A stretch of DNA of 64,000 nt from positions 39,724 to 103,723 of IMG/VR virus record IMGVR_UViG_3300032516_000011; one strand, written 5' to 3'. The DNA is from a virus. How positions within the stretch are numbered: the stretch's first letter is position 1; each line of letters begins with the position of its first letter. The notes under the pieces are model-generated. The model did no database searches. It saw only the letters and a program-made list of their open reading frames with translations, and was not told the DNA's origin. A program made the position numbers and the translations under genes. Positions 39,626 to 49,057 of the stretch are shown one piece after another.

Positions 39626-41800
39626 TTAAGTGCCCTTCTCCTTATAATACATGTTTCTCAATGTGATGATATCTCTGGCTAATTCTTCTTCGGTTCTAGT
39701 TTTTAACCAGGCATAAAAATAATTAGCTTCAGGAGTAATTAATCCTGAGAGATTCACCTGTCGTCTTGCTCTTAACGCGTCTTTGACCACCCGCATGTGT
39801 TTCCAGAAATTATAATAAGGAAGCTTTAGCTTCATCATAAAACCTTTGGAATCTTCGAATACCATACCCTCAACGGCTGTAGTTTTTATCTTTTGGGCTA
39901 CATTGTAGTATCTGAAAAGCTGTTCGCGATTTTCTATTTGACATCGCAATCGTTTCCATGAAAGATTATGGCGCTGTGCAAATGTTGCGGTCTCTTCGTA
40001 TGGAAGCTTCTCATAATCCAATGTTCTTCGTACGAGATCTAAAAGAATTATGGCATATTTCATTGGATATTCGATTATATGTGGGTCGGTTTCCTGATTG
40101 ATAACTTCGAATACGAGCGAAATATTCTTTTCTTTTAGTTCCTGTTTAATAGCTTCCAAACCCACATTTGGTTTGGCTAGTGCCCAAGTTCGTTTAAACA
40201 TATCCGGGTAAATACCTTCGATTGAACTTTTTGAGGTAAAGAGTAGTTGGTCGGATGCTGTATCATAACCAATCATTCCAAGGAACCCATTATACTTGTC
40301 GAATACATTGACTGGATATTCTAATTTCACTGTTCCAATCTTTGTATCTTCCTGTTCGTTTACGTTGAAGAACTTGTTGTATGATCGAGCTACAATCTCG
40401 TTAGTCTTTGTGTTGATGAAAAGACCCCGAGCTTTCACTGTCATACCGTCCCAAACCTTTTTGTAGAAGGCATTCCTCGTGAAATTGAAGGAGGAGATAT
40501 CACCATAAGGACGTTCTGTTATGTATCGATTACTTCTTAACTGTTGAACGAATGAGTCGGATCCAAGGGTTGTTTCCACTTTTATATTCTTAGGACGAAA
40601 TACCGTATTCTTCACTTCTTGTACTACTATTTCATCTGTCAATAAAGTAAGTGTCACAACTCGAAGATTTTCACCAAACTCTATATCACCTTGAAGATTA
40701 TAGTATTTGGGATTTATCATTGTTGGAGATTTGGTTACGTTGCGATGTCCAGCTATTTGAATTGCATTTGTAGGTGAATTTTGCATCCATGATTCAGCAA
40801 CCTCAAGCATGTCTTCGTATTTTCCTACGCCTTTGATAAATTGTTCAGTAGCGATAGTTATGAGGCCTAAATCATCTGGAAGTTTGGAGATGCCGGCATG
40901 ATTAACTAATAGTAATCTGCTACCGTAATAGAAATAGGCTATCTGTGCAAATTTTCTACACAGTTGTCTAATTTCGCCTTTATCTAGATTACTGGCATCC
41001 AGTTCTTTCATTGTTTGGAAGAGAAACTCGTTTGAACGAATACTCACTATCTCTCCATGAGCCCAATGCTTCAGCCAGCGTTCGTGATTACCTTCGAGAA
41101 GAAGAATATTTGGTTTGGTATAGTTTTCCACTAACCAACGAACAACTTCGGTATTCTGGATACCGCGATCAATATAATCTCCAATAAAGATATAGTAGTG
41201 ATCCTCACAATAACCATTTTGCTCAAACCATTGTTTGAGTGGTTCATAGCATCCGTGAATATCGCCTATTACATGGATGGCTTTATAGTGACTAAGATCC
41301 AGAGGAGTATAATCAAATACGGTATTATATTCATGTGGCTTTACCACTTGAACATATCCGGGTACTGGCTGACTTTTAATACGCGCATCTAAGTTATCTA
41401 ATACATGCTCCGGCACCCATTTGTATTCCGCACGTGCTTTGTTTTGTATTTTACAAGTCTCTAATGGTACGTCCGAAAAATCTATACAGAAAATTCGATA
41501 CCGATATTCGCCTGCGAGGTTTTTATATTTGGCAAAATCACTTCCTTTGGAATGAGTAGCATCTATAAATACCAATTCTCCGCGCCCCATTCGTGTTTCA
41601 AGCATTTCAAATAGAAGTTGCCAAACCTTACGATCGTTTTCAGGACTGATGGCTAAAACTCCTTTTGTAGTTAATATTGGAGATTGTAGTTGGAGTCGAA
41701 TGTCATCTGCACATAATGTATAGGGGGTTAAGCCCTCTGTGGCAAGCCAATGTGACTTTCCACAGCCAACATTGCCGCGGAGCAAGTATAGATGTCTCAT
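39626..41800 (-). CDS. Pnkp-like RNA repair enzyme (kinase + metallophosphatase + RNA ligase)
   Basis: GNVGCGKS P-loop, GDIHG/GDYIDRG/GNHE phosphatase motifs, KYNG..EGMV..KLK ligase motifs. Confidence 0.88.
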   Translation of the reverse strand: MRHLYLLRGNVGCGKSHWLATEGLTPYTLCADDIRLQLQSPILTTKGVLAISPENDRKVWQLLFEMLETRMGRGELVFIDATHSKGSDFAKYKNLAGEYRYRIFCIDFSDVPLETCKIQNKARAEYKWVPEHVLDNLDARIKSQPVPGYVQVVKPHEYNTVFDYTPLDLSHYKAIHVIGDIHGCYEPLKQWFEQNGYCEDHYYIFIGDYIDRGIQNTEVVRWLVENYTKPNILLLEGNHERWLKHWAHGEIVSIRSNEFLFQTMKELDASNLDKGEIRQLCRKFAQIAYFYYGSRLLLVNHAGISKLPDDLGLITIATEQFIKGVGKYEDMLEVAESWMQNSPTNAIQIAGHRNVTKSPTMINPKYYNLQGDIEFGENLRVVTLTLLTDEIVVQEVKNTVFRPKNIKVETTLGSDSFVQQLRSNRYITERPYGDISSFNFTRNAFYKKVWDGMTVKARGLFINTKTNEIVARSYNKFFNVNEQEDTKIGTVKLEYPVNVFDKYNGFLGMIGYDTASDQLLFTSKSSIEGIYPDMFKRTWALAKPNVGLEAIKQELKEKNISLVFEVINQETDPHIIEYPMKYAIILLDLVRRTLDYEKLPYEETATFAQRHNLSWKRLRCQIENREQLFRYYNVAQKIKTTAVEGMVFEDSKGFMMKLKLPYYNFWKHMRVVKDALRARRQVNLSGLITPEANYFYAWLKTRTEEELARDIITLRNMYYKEKGT

Positions 41801-42273
41801 TATAGTTTCCTTAACATAGTTAGTATTTGATTTCCTTCACGCTTTGGAGATTCCATTGTTGCTTTAGTCAACAATATTTTTATTTTTTCCAACACTTCAT
41901 AGCCTTGTTCCGGGTGTGTCATTTCACGCCCATGAAATTTCACTACTATGCGAATAGGATGCCCTTTTTCTATTAGACTATTTATTTGTCGCGCCTTAGT
42001 TTGTAAATCATGGGCAGCAATTTTAACTCCAAATCTGAATTCTTTTAAATCAGGGGCCGGTTTTGACTTATGTGCTTTTTTTTGTTGGTATTGAAACTTT
42101 TCAAAGTTTTGTAACTTACATACCCCACGACCAACTTCAACAAGATCCAGCTCTTTAGAATGAGCTAACTTTATTGCTTCTGCAGTAGCAAGTGTGCCCA
42201 GATTGGTCCCAAGCTCATCAATTACGATTACTTGCTTATCTGTTATTTGATTATTGACGCGGTTCAAGTTCAA
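41800..42273 (-). CDS. infC: translation initiation factor IF3
   Basis: RVNNQI..VIDELG.NLG, LDLVEV, KEFRF..I..HDL.TK, FHGRE; TTG start. Confidence 0.9.
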   Translation of the reverse strand: MNLNRVNNQITDKQVIVIDELGTNLGTLATAEAIKLAHSKELDLVEVGRGVCKLQNFEKFQYQQKKAHKSKPAPDLKEFRFGVKIAAHDLQTKARQINSLIEKGHPIRIVVKFHGREMTHPEQGYEVLEKIKILLTKATMESPKREGNQILTMLRKL

Positions 42274-42589
42274 TTTTCTCCAAAGATTGGAAAGTTGTAT
42301 AAATATAAAAAGTACCTAAATTTGTACCCGTATTGGAAAAACATAGCCGTAATTTTATTACGTCGGAATCTGCCCTATAAGGTAAGGTCCAAGAAAGAAG
42401 TTCTATTTCAGTACCTATAGGAAGGGTTAGAACTCCTGTTTGATGATAGGTATTAGAGACTGGTGCAAATAACTTTCGTCCGTGCTTCTCTACACGTTGT
42501 CTAGCATGTTCAGTACTTAAACGTGCATGTATCTCGGTATCTATCATTACGGTAAATTTTTTTTGGGCCCCTAAAAAATTAAATCTCAT
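42251..42589 (-). CDS. hypothetical protein
   Basis: 112 aa, overlapping operon arrangement. Confidence 0.55.
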   Translation of the reverse strand: MRFNFLGAQKKFTVMIDTEIHARLSTEHARQRVEKHGRKLFAPVSNTYHQTGVLTLPIGTEIELLSWTLPYRADSDVIKLRLCFSNTGTNLGTFYIYTTFQSLEKIELEPRQ

Positions 42590-42933
42590 ACTTTTTTGTA
42601 TTTTGGTTTTAATATTTTCTCTTCGTCATCAGTATCTTCGGACAGAGTAGAAAGAAACGACATTTTTTTAGGAATGACATTAACTTCAGTCTCTGGCCCA
42701 TAATAATTAAATCGTTCCAGAAGAGATGATAAATTAATTCGGAGTTGCATTCGTACCACCATACGTTTTGAAGAACGCGCTTCGTTTTCTATATATTGGC
42801 GGTACATTTGTAAACGTTTATGTCTCTGTAAGCCAATTAATGGCCGTATTTCAGAGGCTATTGAATCAAAATACGGTTGTAATACTTGATTGACAATTTT
42901 TATTTTCGGATCTATGGATGGAATTTTAAGCAT
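42586..42933 (-). CDS. hypothetical protein
   Basis: 115 aa with AGGAG RBS. Confidence 0.6.
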   Translation of the reverse strand: MLKIPSIDPKIKIVNQVLQPYFDSIASEIRPLIGLQRHKRLQMYRQYIENEARSSKRMVVRMQLRINLSSLLERFNYYGPETEVNVIPKKMSFLSTLSEDTDDEEKILKPKYKKV

Positions 42934-42942
42934 ACATTACTC

Positions 42943-43443
42943 CTAAAATAATAGGTGTTCTAATTTCATTTCTTGGTTAATCCAAAAATTTAAACTTCGT
43001 TCAAACATAAAATCAGCTTTAGAAGCAGCTAATTCGCCAGCTAATTGTAATTTTTCATTCGGCCGACTCCGAAACACTATACTCATCTTTATACTAATAA
43101 CCACCAAATAACAAATAGCAACTAAAAACATTACGCGCGGAACCCATTGAAGCGTATCCGCTAGTGTTTTATATAAATATGTTTTTAGCGTATATTTACG
43201 CAGTTCAACAAATAATAAATTTGGGTATTTAGTATCAAATAAATACCCCGTACATAATCCAATATGAGATTGATTTCCACAGGCACCTGTGCAATCTCCA
43301 CGAAAATTTACAACCGTTTTTCCACAACCTTCACATACTATTGCATTATTTCGAATTTTGGTACAAAATGTGTCATGGTCCATGCCTAAAGTCTTAGCAC
43401 ATTGCCTACAATATTCTGCCATAGAGGGCTCATCTCTGCCCAC
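42943..43443 (-). CDS. Cys-rich protein with transmembrane segment
   Basis: CxxC pairs and a hydrophobic helix; start probably 43422. Confidence 0.5.
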   Translation of the reverse strand: MGRDEPSMAEYCRQCAKTLGMDHDTFCTKIRNNAIVCEGCGKTVVNFRGDCTGACGNQSHIGLCTGYLFDTKYPNLLFVELRKYTLKTYLYKTLADTLQWVPRVMFLVAICYLVVISIKMSIVFRSRPNEKLQLAGELAASKADFMFERSLNFWINQEMKLEHLLF

Positions 43444-43618
43444 GGGTGGTTCTGTGTTTATTAAGATATTCTTTTTTTAATTGTCGATATACGCCTTTGG
43501 TACAGTTTGTGGCCAATACAACGGCACCATTTGAATCTACGGTGTATTCTGCTTTTGGAAAACCTACTGTAAGTGATCTTGCCTTTTGTCTTAACGCACG
43601 AGCTTTTCTTCCGTTCAT
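43430..43618 (-). CDS. small basic phage protein
   Basis: MNGRKARALR...YRQLKK; GAGG RBS. Confidence 0.6.
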   Translation of the reverse strand: MNGRKARALRQKARSLTVGFPKAEYTVDSNGAVVLATNCTKGVYRQLKKEYLNKHRTTRGQR

Positions 43619-43649
43619 ATTTTCCTCATAATTTAGTTTAGTTTATTGC

Positions 43650-43725
43650 TGGCTGGGAAGGAAGGATTTGAACCTTCAACGCCAGCCTCCAAAGGGCTGT
43701 GATCTACCAATTGATCTACTTCCCA
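43650..43725 (-). tRNA. tRNA-Gln(UUG)
   Basis: cloverleaf, anticodon arm CAGCC-CTTTGGA-GGCTG, encoded CCA. Confidence 0.9.
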
Positions 43726-43841
43726 AAAAATATCAGGGGCCCTTTTGGACCCCCGATTCTTGAAGAGTGGCCAGCCTATCCGTGCCGACCACCCAAACGA
43801 TTTCAATACGTTTTTGTATTGTTTTGCCTGTTCACCTAATG

Positions 43842-44072
43842 CTGTGAAAGAATACAACAGATATTACAATATCAAGTTAACCATTTGCTCTGCCTCTGAG
43901 CTACCGAGCCATATCGACGTATTAAGCAGCGGTGTGCACCCGCATGCTGGAAACGTCGGCAAACCTTCTGCTTGTCACGTGCATCAAGCGCACGTAAGGT
44001 TGCATAGAGACTCGGGCGGGACTCGAACCCGCGACCTTCTGGAAAATACCATCTGTTACTCCTTCAACACAG
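43842..44072 (-). ncRNA. YrlA-type Y-RNA-like RNA (circularly permuted tRNA mimic)
   Basis: order is T-arm, acceptor 3' strand, insert, acceptor 5' strand, D-arm; ends pair in a long bulged stem containing GUUGAAG. Confidence 0.65.
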
Positions 44073-44104
44073 ATCTGGTTACTCAAACGGCTTTGGGCAA
44101 TCTG

Positions 44105-44177
44105 GACAAGTTCACGGACAAGTACGCTACTATTCGCTGGGTGTACCCAGGTCAAAGCGACAAGTTCAAGGACAAGT
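44105..44177. repeat. four GACAAGT repeats in two pairs with 12-nt period
   Basis: copies at 44105, 44117, 44159 and 44171 flanking the hairpin CTGGGT-GT-ACCCAG. Confidence 0.7.
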
Positions 44178-44313
44178 TTATACCCAAAATTTTATTTGTA
44201 TCTTGGTGTTGCCAACTCAAGAGCGCGTTTATAGAGACGAGTGTTGCGAAATGCCTCGTCTCGATCTCCACGACTAATGACTATAGCAACTAAATACCAG
44301 CAATCGGTATCCA

Positions 44314-45069
44314 TTACTTACCGGACAAGATGAAGCCGAAAAGTTTTGAACCGATAGTGTTGGTCGAAGCTTCAGCATCATTTGCTTTCCGAATTGCCTT
44401 TTGAACGGCAGTCAGAAGCTTGTCTACTCTTTCAAGCAAGTTTGACTTGTAAGAGGAGGTGACTCTGGAATCCCATTGCATTTCAGTATAACTGCCGATG
44501 GTTTCCGTCTTCTCTTCTTTCTGAACTTGCGGAGGATGCTTATCTGTTCCGGGGTGAAGTACAAAAGGAACAGATACTTTTCTCGTGCGATACTGAACCA
44601 ACGGTTCAGCAAGCTTGAAAATATCCTTGCCCTTTTGCGAATCTTCGACCCACTTCATACCATTCGGAATCGTCGGAGCATTGAGAATGACCGAGCGGAT
44701 CTTCTGCAAACGATGCTCTAAAGAAAGCAGGAACGTCGCGGGGAGATTCGTCCCTATCATTACCCCATCCACGATAAGATCTGCCTTTGCTCCTTGGTTA
44801 GTAGTTTCCTTTTGGAGTAACCAGTCGTACTCGTTTCCAACCGTGTCGAAGGTATACTTCAACTTTGCAGGGACCGTATCGACAAGCTCCTTGGTATCCG
44901 GAGGTACGAGATCTTTATCACCTTCAATAAACGGTGCATATGTTTTGATTCGGCCAGTGTAAAACTCAACCGCCTTGTCTTTAAATGTCTTGATAGTCTC
45001 CTCGATAATCGAGTGTGCGCGGCCGACTGTATCCTTCTCTACCGCAAGAAGTTCGTGCATTTTTCCCAT
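44314..45069 (-). CDS. hypothetical protein, higher GC than neighbours
   Basis: 251 aa, helical/coiled-coil character, AAGGAA RBS. Confidence 0.75.
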   Translation of the reverse strand: MGKMHELLAVEKDTVGRAHSIIEETIKTFKDKAVEFYTGRIKTYAPFIEGDKDLVPPDTKELVDTVPAKLKYTFDTVGNEYDWLLQKETTNQGAKADLIVDGVMIGTNLPATFLLSLEHRLQKIRSVILNAPTIPNGMKWVEDSQKGKDIFKLAEPLVQYRTRKVSVPFVLHPGTDKHPPQVQKEEKTETIGSYTEMQWDSRVTSSYKSNLLERVDKLLTAVQKAIRKANDAEASTNTIGSKLFGFILSGK

Positions 45070-45081
45070 TGGTTCTATTCC

Positions 45082-45501
45082 TTACAAGTTTAATGGTAGC
45101 GGTACTTTACTTCCCGCCGAAATTTTTGACATATTAGTTATATAATCACTAATCTCATCAGCAAAATTGCTGTATACATCCGAATTTTCTATTATTATAT
45201 GATTCGGTTCTATAGTATAGCCCTTTTTCGCTTTTTCATTGATGAGTTTTTGAAACGTATCTTTATCGTAATCTTCGTGCATCCCTGATATACCACCATC
45301 GAATGGTCCCCAAAATCGTGCTAAGTACATCTTCTTATTATGCGTTGCTACGATAAAAATATAAAGCTTATTAGATGTTCCCGTTGTGCAACGAGTAATG
45401 ACATAGGTCATTATCTTTTTGTTATTAACGAGTGGTCCCAAACATGCTGGAATTGATAAATCAACACTCAATATGGAGGAAGTTTTTTTCTTACGGGGCA
45501 T
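45082..45501 (-). CDS. WGR-like domain protein
   Basis: SNKLY...FWGP...KLINEKAKKGY pattern. Confidence 0.5.
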   Translation of the reverse strand: MPRKKKTSSILSVDLSIPACLGPLVNNKKIMTYVITRCTTGTSNKLYIFIVATHNKKMYLARFWGPFDGGISGMHEDYDKDTFQKLINEKAKKGYTIEPNHIIIENSDVYSNFADEISDYITNMSKISAGSKVPLPLNL

Positions 45502-45722
45502 TATTGAGATCTTCGTTGATATTGTTTAGAGCGCTGTAGTTGTTTCTTTGTCGGTTTTGTACTCATGCATTTCTTTGTGGTACCGACACGTTGTGCACTT
45601 ACACCGTACCGACTGCCCCAATCACTAAGTAAATTGTTTGGAGCATCTGGTGTAACTACTATGCCCGTGATTGATTCAGCAAATGTAATTGGAGCTACTT
45701 TATTTTTAAACTGGGCTGTCAT
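45501..45722 (-). CDS. hypothetical protein
   Basis: translationally coupled ORF. Confidence 0.45.
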   Translation of the reverse strand: MTAQFKNKVAPITFAESITGIVVTPDAPNNLLSDWGSRYGVSAQRVGTTKKCMSTKPTKKQLQRSKQYQRRSQ

Positions 45723-46048
45723 TTTACTCGAATCCTTTCGTAATTAACCGTGATTTTATCCGCAGATTTGGGTAGTGTGTTATATAGAAATTCTTTTATT
45801 TTGTCGAGTACATTACTTTCATCCCCAATATAAAATATGCTGTCTGCGTTATATTTTGGAGGTCTTATGGAATATACTTTCGTTCTATTATACCCCTCCT
45901 CATAAATTTTAAAAATTGGGTTTGCAGGCCTTTCAATTTGGACTTCACATTCACCTGATGGAAGAATAAAAATATTGATTTTTAGGAAGGGGCTTATAGC
46001 ACCGCTTTTATATAGTATTTGTGCCCATGCTGTTTTGTTTGAGACCAT
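45719..46048 (-). CDS. hypothetical protein
   Basis: 109-aa ORF in operon. Confidence 0.5.
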   Translation of the reverse strand: MVSNKTAWAQILYKSGAISPFLKINIFILPSGECEVQIERPANPIFKIYEEGYNRTKVYSIRPPKYNADSIFYIGDESNVLDKIKEFLYNTLPKSADKITVNYERIRVK

Positions 46049-46475
46049 TTTGCCTCTCTTTCAATTGCTGCTTTTTTTCGTACAGTTTTAAAAGTTTTTT
46101 TTCTTTTTTCTCTTCTGCCGCTTGTTTTTGAGCCTTTGTTTTTTTTGGTTTAATTGGTGTCTGTGGAAGTGTACCTTTTAATTTTGGTTGTTCCACACCC
46201 TCATGAAAAACATTACCTTCTGCATCTACATACACTTTCATAAAATGCCAACCCTTAGCTTTTCGTATACCGTTAGTAGGATGCTGTACCGCTCGAATTT
46301 CTGGAGGTGCCACCATATGAGATACACAATACCAACAAATAACAGACTCAACACTTGAATCTACTTCTACCGCTTGTCCACAACCTTTACTACAAACCAT
46401 TGTCTTGAAAGTGACCATTTTTTTCATGTCTATGGCACTATTTTTGCTACTTCTCGCTTTCCGTAACTTTAACAT
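46008..46475 (-). CDS. hypothetical Zn-binding basic protein
   Basis: CxxxC..CxxC and GWHFMKVYVD.EGNVF.EGVEQP.LKGT motif. Confidence 0.6.
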   Translation of the reverse strand: MLKLRKARSSKNSAIDMKKMVTFKTMVCSKGCGQAVEVDSSVESVICWYCVSHMVAPPEIRAVQHPTNGIRKAKGWHFMKVYVDAEGNVFHEGVEQPKLKGTLPQTPIKPKKTKAQKQAAEEKKEKKLLKLYEKKQQLKERQNGLKQNSMGTNTI

Positions 46476-46986
46476 CTCGTGTTTTCATGGTTTCTAAAAG
46501 TTGGTCTAAACTAATTGGTTTGTAGTCATTTACATCGACACAAACATTCCAAGCTTTTTGGTTTTCAAATTGTTTTAATTGTCCTGCATTGTGTACATGT
46601 CCATACAGGTGTATACTGCCACTATGCCGTCTTTCCCAGGAAAGTATAGGATAGTGGAATAAAATTATTTCTTGATGGTCGATTTTCAACTTTAAATAAT
46701 GTCGAACCGATGCGAATTGTTGTTCGTACTCTATCAATGGTAATCGATCATGATTTCCAAGAATGAGGTGTTTAATTCCATTAAGGGGTTCGGCATAAGT
46801 TGATAGTCTGGATGCCATTTTATAAGCAAAATCTCCTATAATATAGACAATATCGGTTGGTTTAATAATCGAATTCCAATTGTCCGTAATGGTGGTATTC
46901 ATATGGTGTACATCGGTAAATGGACGCATACAAAGCTTTATTATATTGGTGTGTCCATAATGTTGGTCACTAGTAAAGTATATCAT
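46447..46986 (-). CDS. calcineurin-like metallophosphoesterase
   Basis: FTSDQHYGH, GDF, GNHD, HYP, GHVH. Confidence 0.9.
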   Translation of the reverse strand: MIYFTSDQHYGHTNIIKLCMRPFTDVHHMNTTITDNWNSIIKPTDIVYIIGDFAYKMASRLSTYAEPLNGIKHLILGNHDRLPLIEYEQQFASVRHYLKLKIDHQEIILFHYPILSWERRHSGSIHLYGHVHNAGQLKQFENQKAWNVCVDVNDYKPISLDQLLETMKTRDVKVTESEK

Positions 46987-47010
46987 TTTTTTTCTTGCAC
47001 CTTAAATTTG

Positions 47011-47082
47011 AGCGGGTAATCAGAATCGGACTGATGTCTCCTGCTTGGAAGGCAGGGGCCCAAGCCACTAGACCACACCCGC
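47011..47082 (-). tRNA. tRNA-Gly(UCC)
   Basis: anticodon arm CCTGC-CTTCCAA-GCAGG; GCGGGTG acceptor. Confidence 0.85.
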
Positions 47083-47391
47083 CTGCATACCTTTCGAATA
47101 TGTTAAAATCAGTTGGTTGAAGGGAATAAACCGCATTTCACCAGATAATATATGACGATTACATAGCTGTTTAAGCTTTAGTAATGCGGTACTATGATCA
47201 TCGGCAATAGCAAAATAGCCCGACAATTTCCTAAAGTATCCTTTACTGACAAGTAAGGTGGCTTCTACATCACCTTTACGGACCCATTGAAAAATAATTT
47301 TTGCCGTGTTATGCTTCTCTTCGTCGGTAAAATATAGCGCTTTATATTTATGTTTTTTCATAAAATTTAGAGTGACTATAAAAATAGCCAC
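47068..47391 (-). CDS. hypothetical protein
   Basis: 107 aa with AGGAG RBS. Confidence 0.5.
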   Translation of the reverse strand: MAIFIVTLNFMKKHKYKALYFTDEEKHNTAKIIFQWVRKGDVEATLLVSKGYFRKLSGYFAIADDHSTALLKLKQLCNRHILSGEMRFIPFNQLILTYSKGMQAGVV

Positions 47392-47403
47392 CCCACTCCT
47401 ACT

Positions 47404-47961
47404 TTAATGATATAAAATTTCAATCAGCATATCTACCAAAGCATTTTTGTTTTGTATACTTGGGTCTGGAGTAGCTCCAATATCAGTTAATAAGTCAATC
47501 AACTCTTGCTCACTAAATTTTGAATCGATCATAGCAATAATTGCTGTTTGATTTGGCCCAATTGTAGCTGTCATATTAAAAGGCCCCAATGAGGTTTGGG
47601 CGTTCGTTGCCAATCCGATTTGTTGGAGTAGTGCCCCTAGGGGATTTCCGGTATTAACAGGTTCAAGTGGAATAGGAACTATTCGTACAATTCGTACAGT
47701 TTTAGTGCACATACTGCAACGTACCTCAGTAGCAGTGTCCTCAACCCAACTCTCCACGAGCGCCGCGTAACGGATTGGGTTTGAAGTATGTTGAAATTTA
47801 TCTTCACATAAGGAAGTGGGACGGGCAGACGTACCATCACGGTGTATGGTAACTTCGAATGTAATATCAATGAGCTCCGCTTCACCAGTCGCGGATCCAT
47901 CGACCCGGACGATTTGCAGATCCTTGTCGCAAAAGTTGCAGTGTGGCTTTCTTAATTTCAT
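47404..47961 (-). CDS. hypothetical Zn-ribbon protein
   Basis: CNFC...CSMC. Confidence 0.55.
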   Translation of the reverse strand: MKLRKPHCNFCDKDLQIVRVDGSATGEAELIDITFEVTIHRDGTSARPTSLCEDKFQHTSNPIRYAALVESWVEDTATEVRCSMCTKTVRIVRIVPIPLEPVNTGNPLGALLQQIGLATNAQTSLGPFNMTATIGPNQTAIIAMIDSKFSEQELIDLLTDIGATPDPSIQNKNALVDMLIEILYH

Positions 47962-48401
47962 TTTGTTTTTTCCTCGACTTCGTTACATTTAGTTTCCTTT
48001 TCAGCTTTTTTTTCATAGAGGTGCACCATTTCTCCCACTATTTTTCTAATGTTTGCAATAGTTGCTCTAATAGTCCCATCAAAATCTTCGAATGGGATAC
48101 CCTGTAAAAAATCATGCCTTGGATGATGTAGCATTACTCTGTGTGTACTAATGCTTCCACGAGACATAACCCACCCAGTAGCCAGAGTGTGGTCTTTACG
48201 CTTTACAATTTTTGTCATATACCAAACAAATCCATTATGAAATACTGGTTTGTTAATACGTTCCATTGCCTTCTTATAAGTCACATGATGGCCTTTTTTA
48301 AATACAGCCCGTGCAAGAGTATCGGTTTTTTGTCGTACTTTACCCAGCGCTATTGTAGCATTTTTATGTTCTTCGCGAAGAATTTCATAGTTCTTGTTCA
48401 T
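47958..48401 (-). CDS. hypothetical protein
   Basis: 147 aa, coupled at both ends. Confidence 0.55.
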   Translation of the reverse strand: MNKNYEILREEHKNATIALGKVRQKTDTLARAVFKKGHHVTYKKAMERINKPVFHNGFVWYMTKIVKRKDHTLATGWVMSRGSISTHRVMLHHPRHDFLQGIPFEDFDGTIRATIANIRKIVGEMVHLYEKKAEKETKCNEVEEKTK

Positions 48402-48745
48402 TAGTATTTATTGCCCCTCATTTTAAAATATTCTTGCCACACTGTCTTACGATCTTCTTTAGTAAATACTGAGCCCCATTCTTTACCTTGAGTAGGTATT
48501 TGAGGAGGAACTCGAGTAAGAAGGGCACGCTCTAAACTAAGTTTACGCCCCGTATTTTTACTGAATCGATCACGATTACTACATTCCGCTTTGCCTTGAA
48601 TAAGCAGTCGTTTTTCAATGTCTGAAAGTATTTCATAAATATAACACTCTGTGTGCATGCGAAACAATATCCCCCCAGATACAGTTGTAAAATTTGCATG
48701 TCTCCATGTAATGAGATATTTTTTACCGCTCAGTATTGCAAACAT
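48401..48745 (-). CDS. hypothetical phage protein
   Basis: GKAECS..DRFSKNTGRKLSL.RAL motif common in phage proteins. Confidence 0.6.
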   Translation of the reverse strand: MFAILSGKKYLITWRHANFTTVSGGILFRMHTECYIYEILSDIEKRLLIQGKAECSNRDRFSKNTGRKLSLERALLTRVPPQIPTQGKEWGSVFTKEDRKTVWQEYFKMRGNKY

Positions 48746-48915
48746 CTTTAATTTCCTTAATCTGTTTGTGTAACAATTGTTTTAGAAAACGTCTTATTCG
48801 TCTACGGAGTGGCTTTTTTCCTTCCACATCGCCACAAATAATACATCCAATAACTTTACCATGAGTTTTATATGTTTCTTTGAATGTGTCTTTCATTGGT
48901 ATTGTAAATAAATTT

Positions 48916-49046
48916 GAGTGTGGGGTCGGAATCGAACCGACGATAGCGATACAACTATATCTTTTAGCACTATTATCTAACTTCTAAATTACTATATATA
49001 TATTTAAATTCTATTTGCTGCCCTTCCACTTGGGCTACCCACACTC
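48916..49046 (-). ncRNA. tRNA-like RNA with about 70-nt AU-rich insertion in the anticodon arm
   Basis: GAGTGTGGG/CCCACACTC acceptor, GCCC/GGGC D-stem, GTCGG-TTCGATT-CCGAC T-arm. Confidence 0.7.
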
Positions 49047-49057
49047 GACACTACTTT

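Noticed and set aside
43842-44072. Two-piece (permuted) tmRNA
   Set aside because: It has a full D-stem, no G3.U70 alanine identity pair, no CCA and no convincing tag ORF; the YrlA topology fits better.
44105-44177. CRISPR array
   Set aside because: Repeats are only 7 nt with 5-nt gaps; no cas genes and no 25-40-nt repeats were seen in the window.
43633-44293. ORF-track ORFs 43633-43857, 43745-44293 and 43922-44155
   Set aside because: They overlap tRNA-Gln and the Y-like RNA; most likely spurious frames through GC-rich RNA genes.
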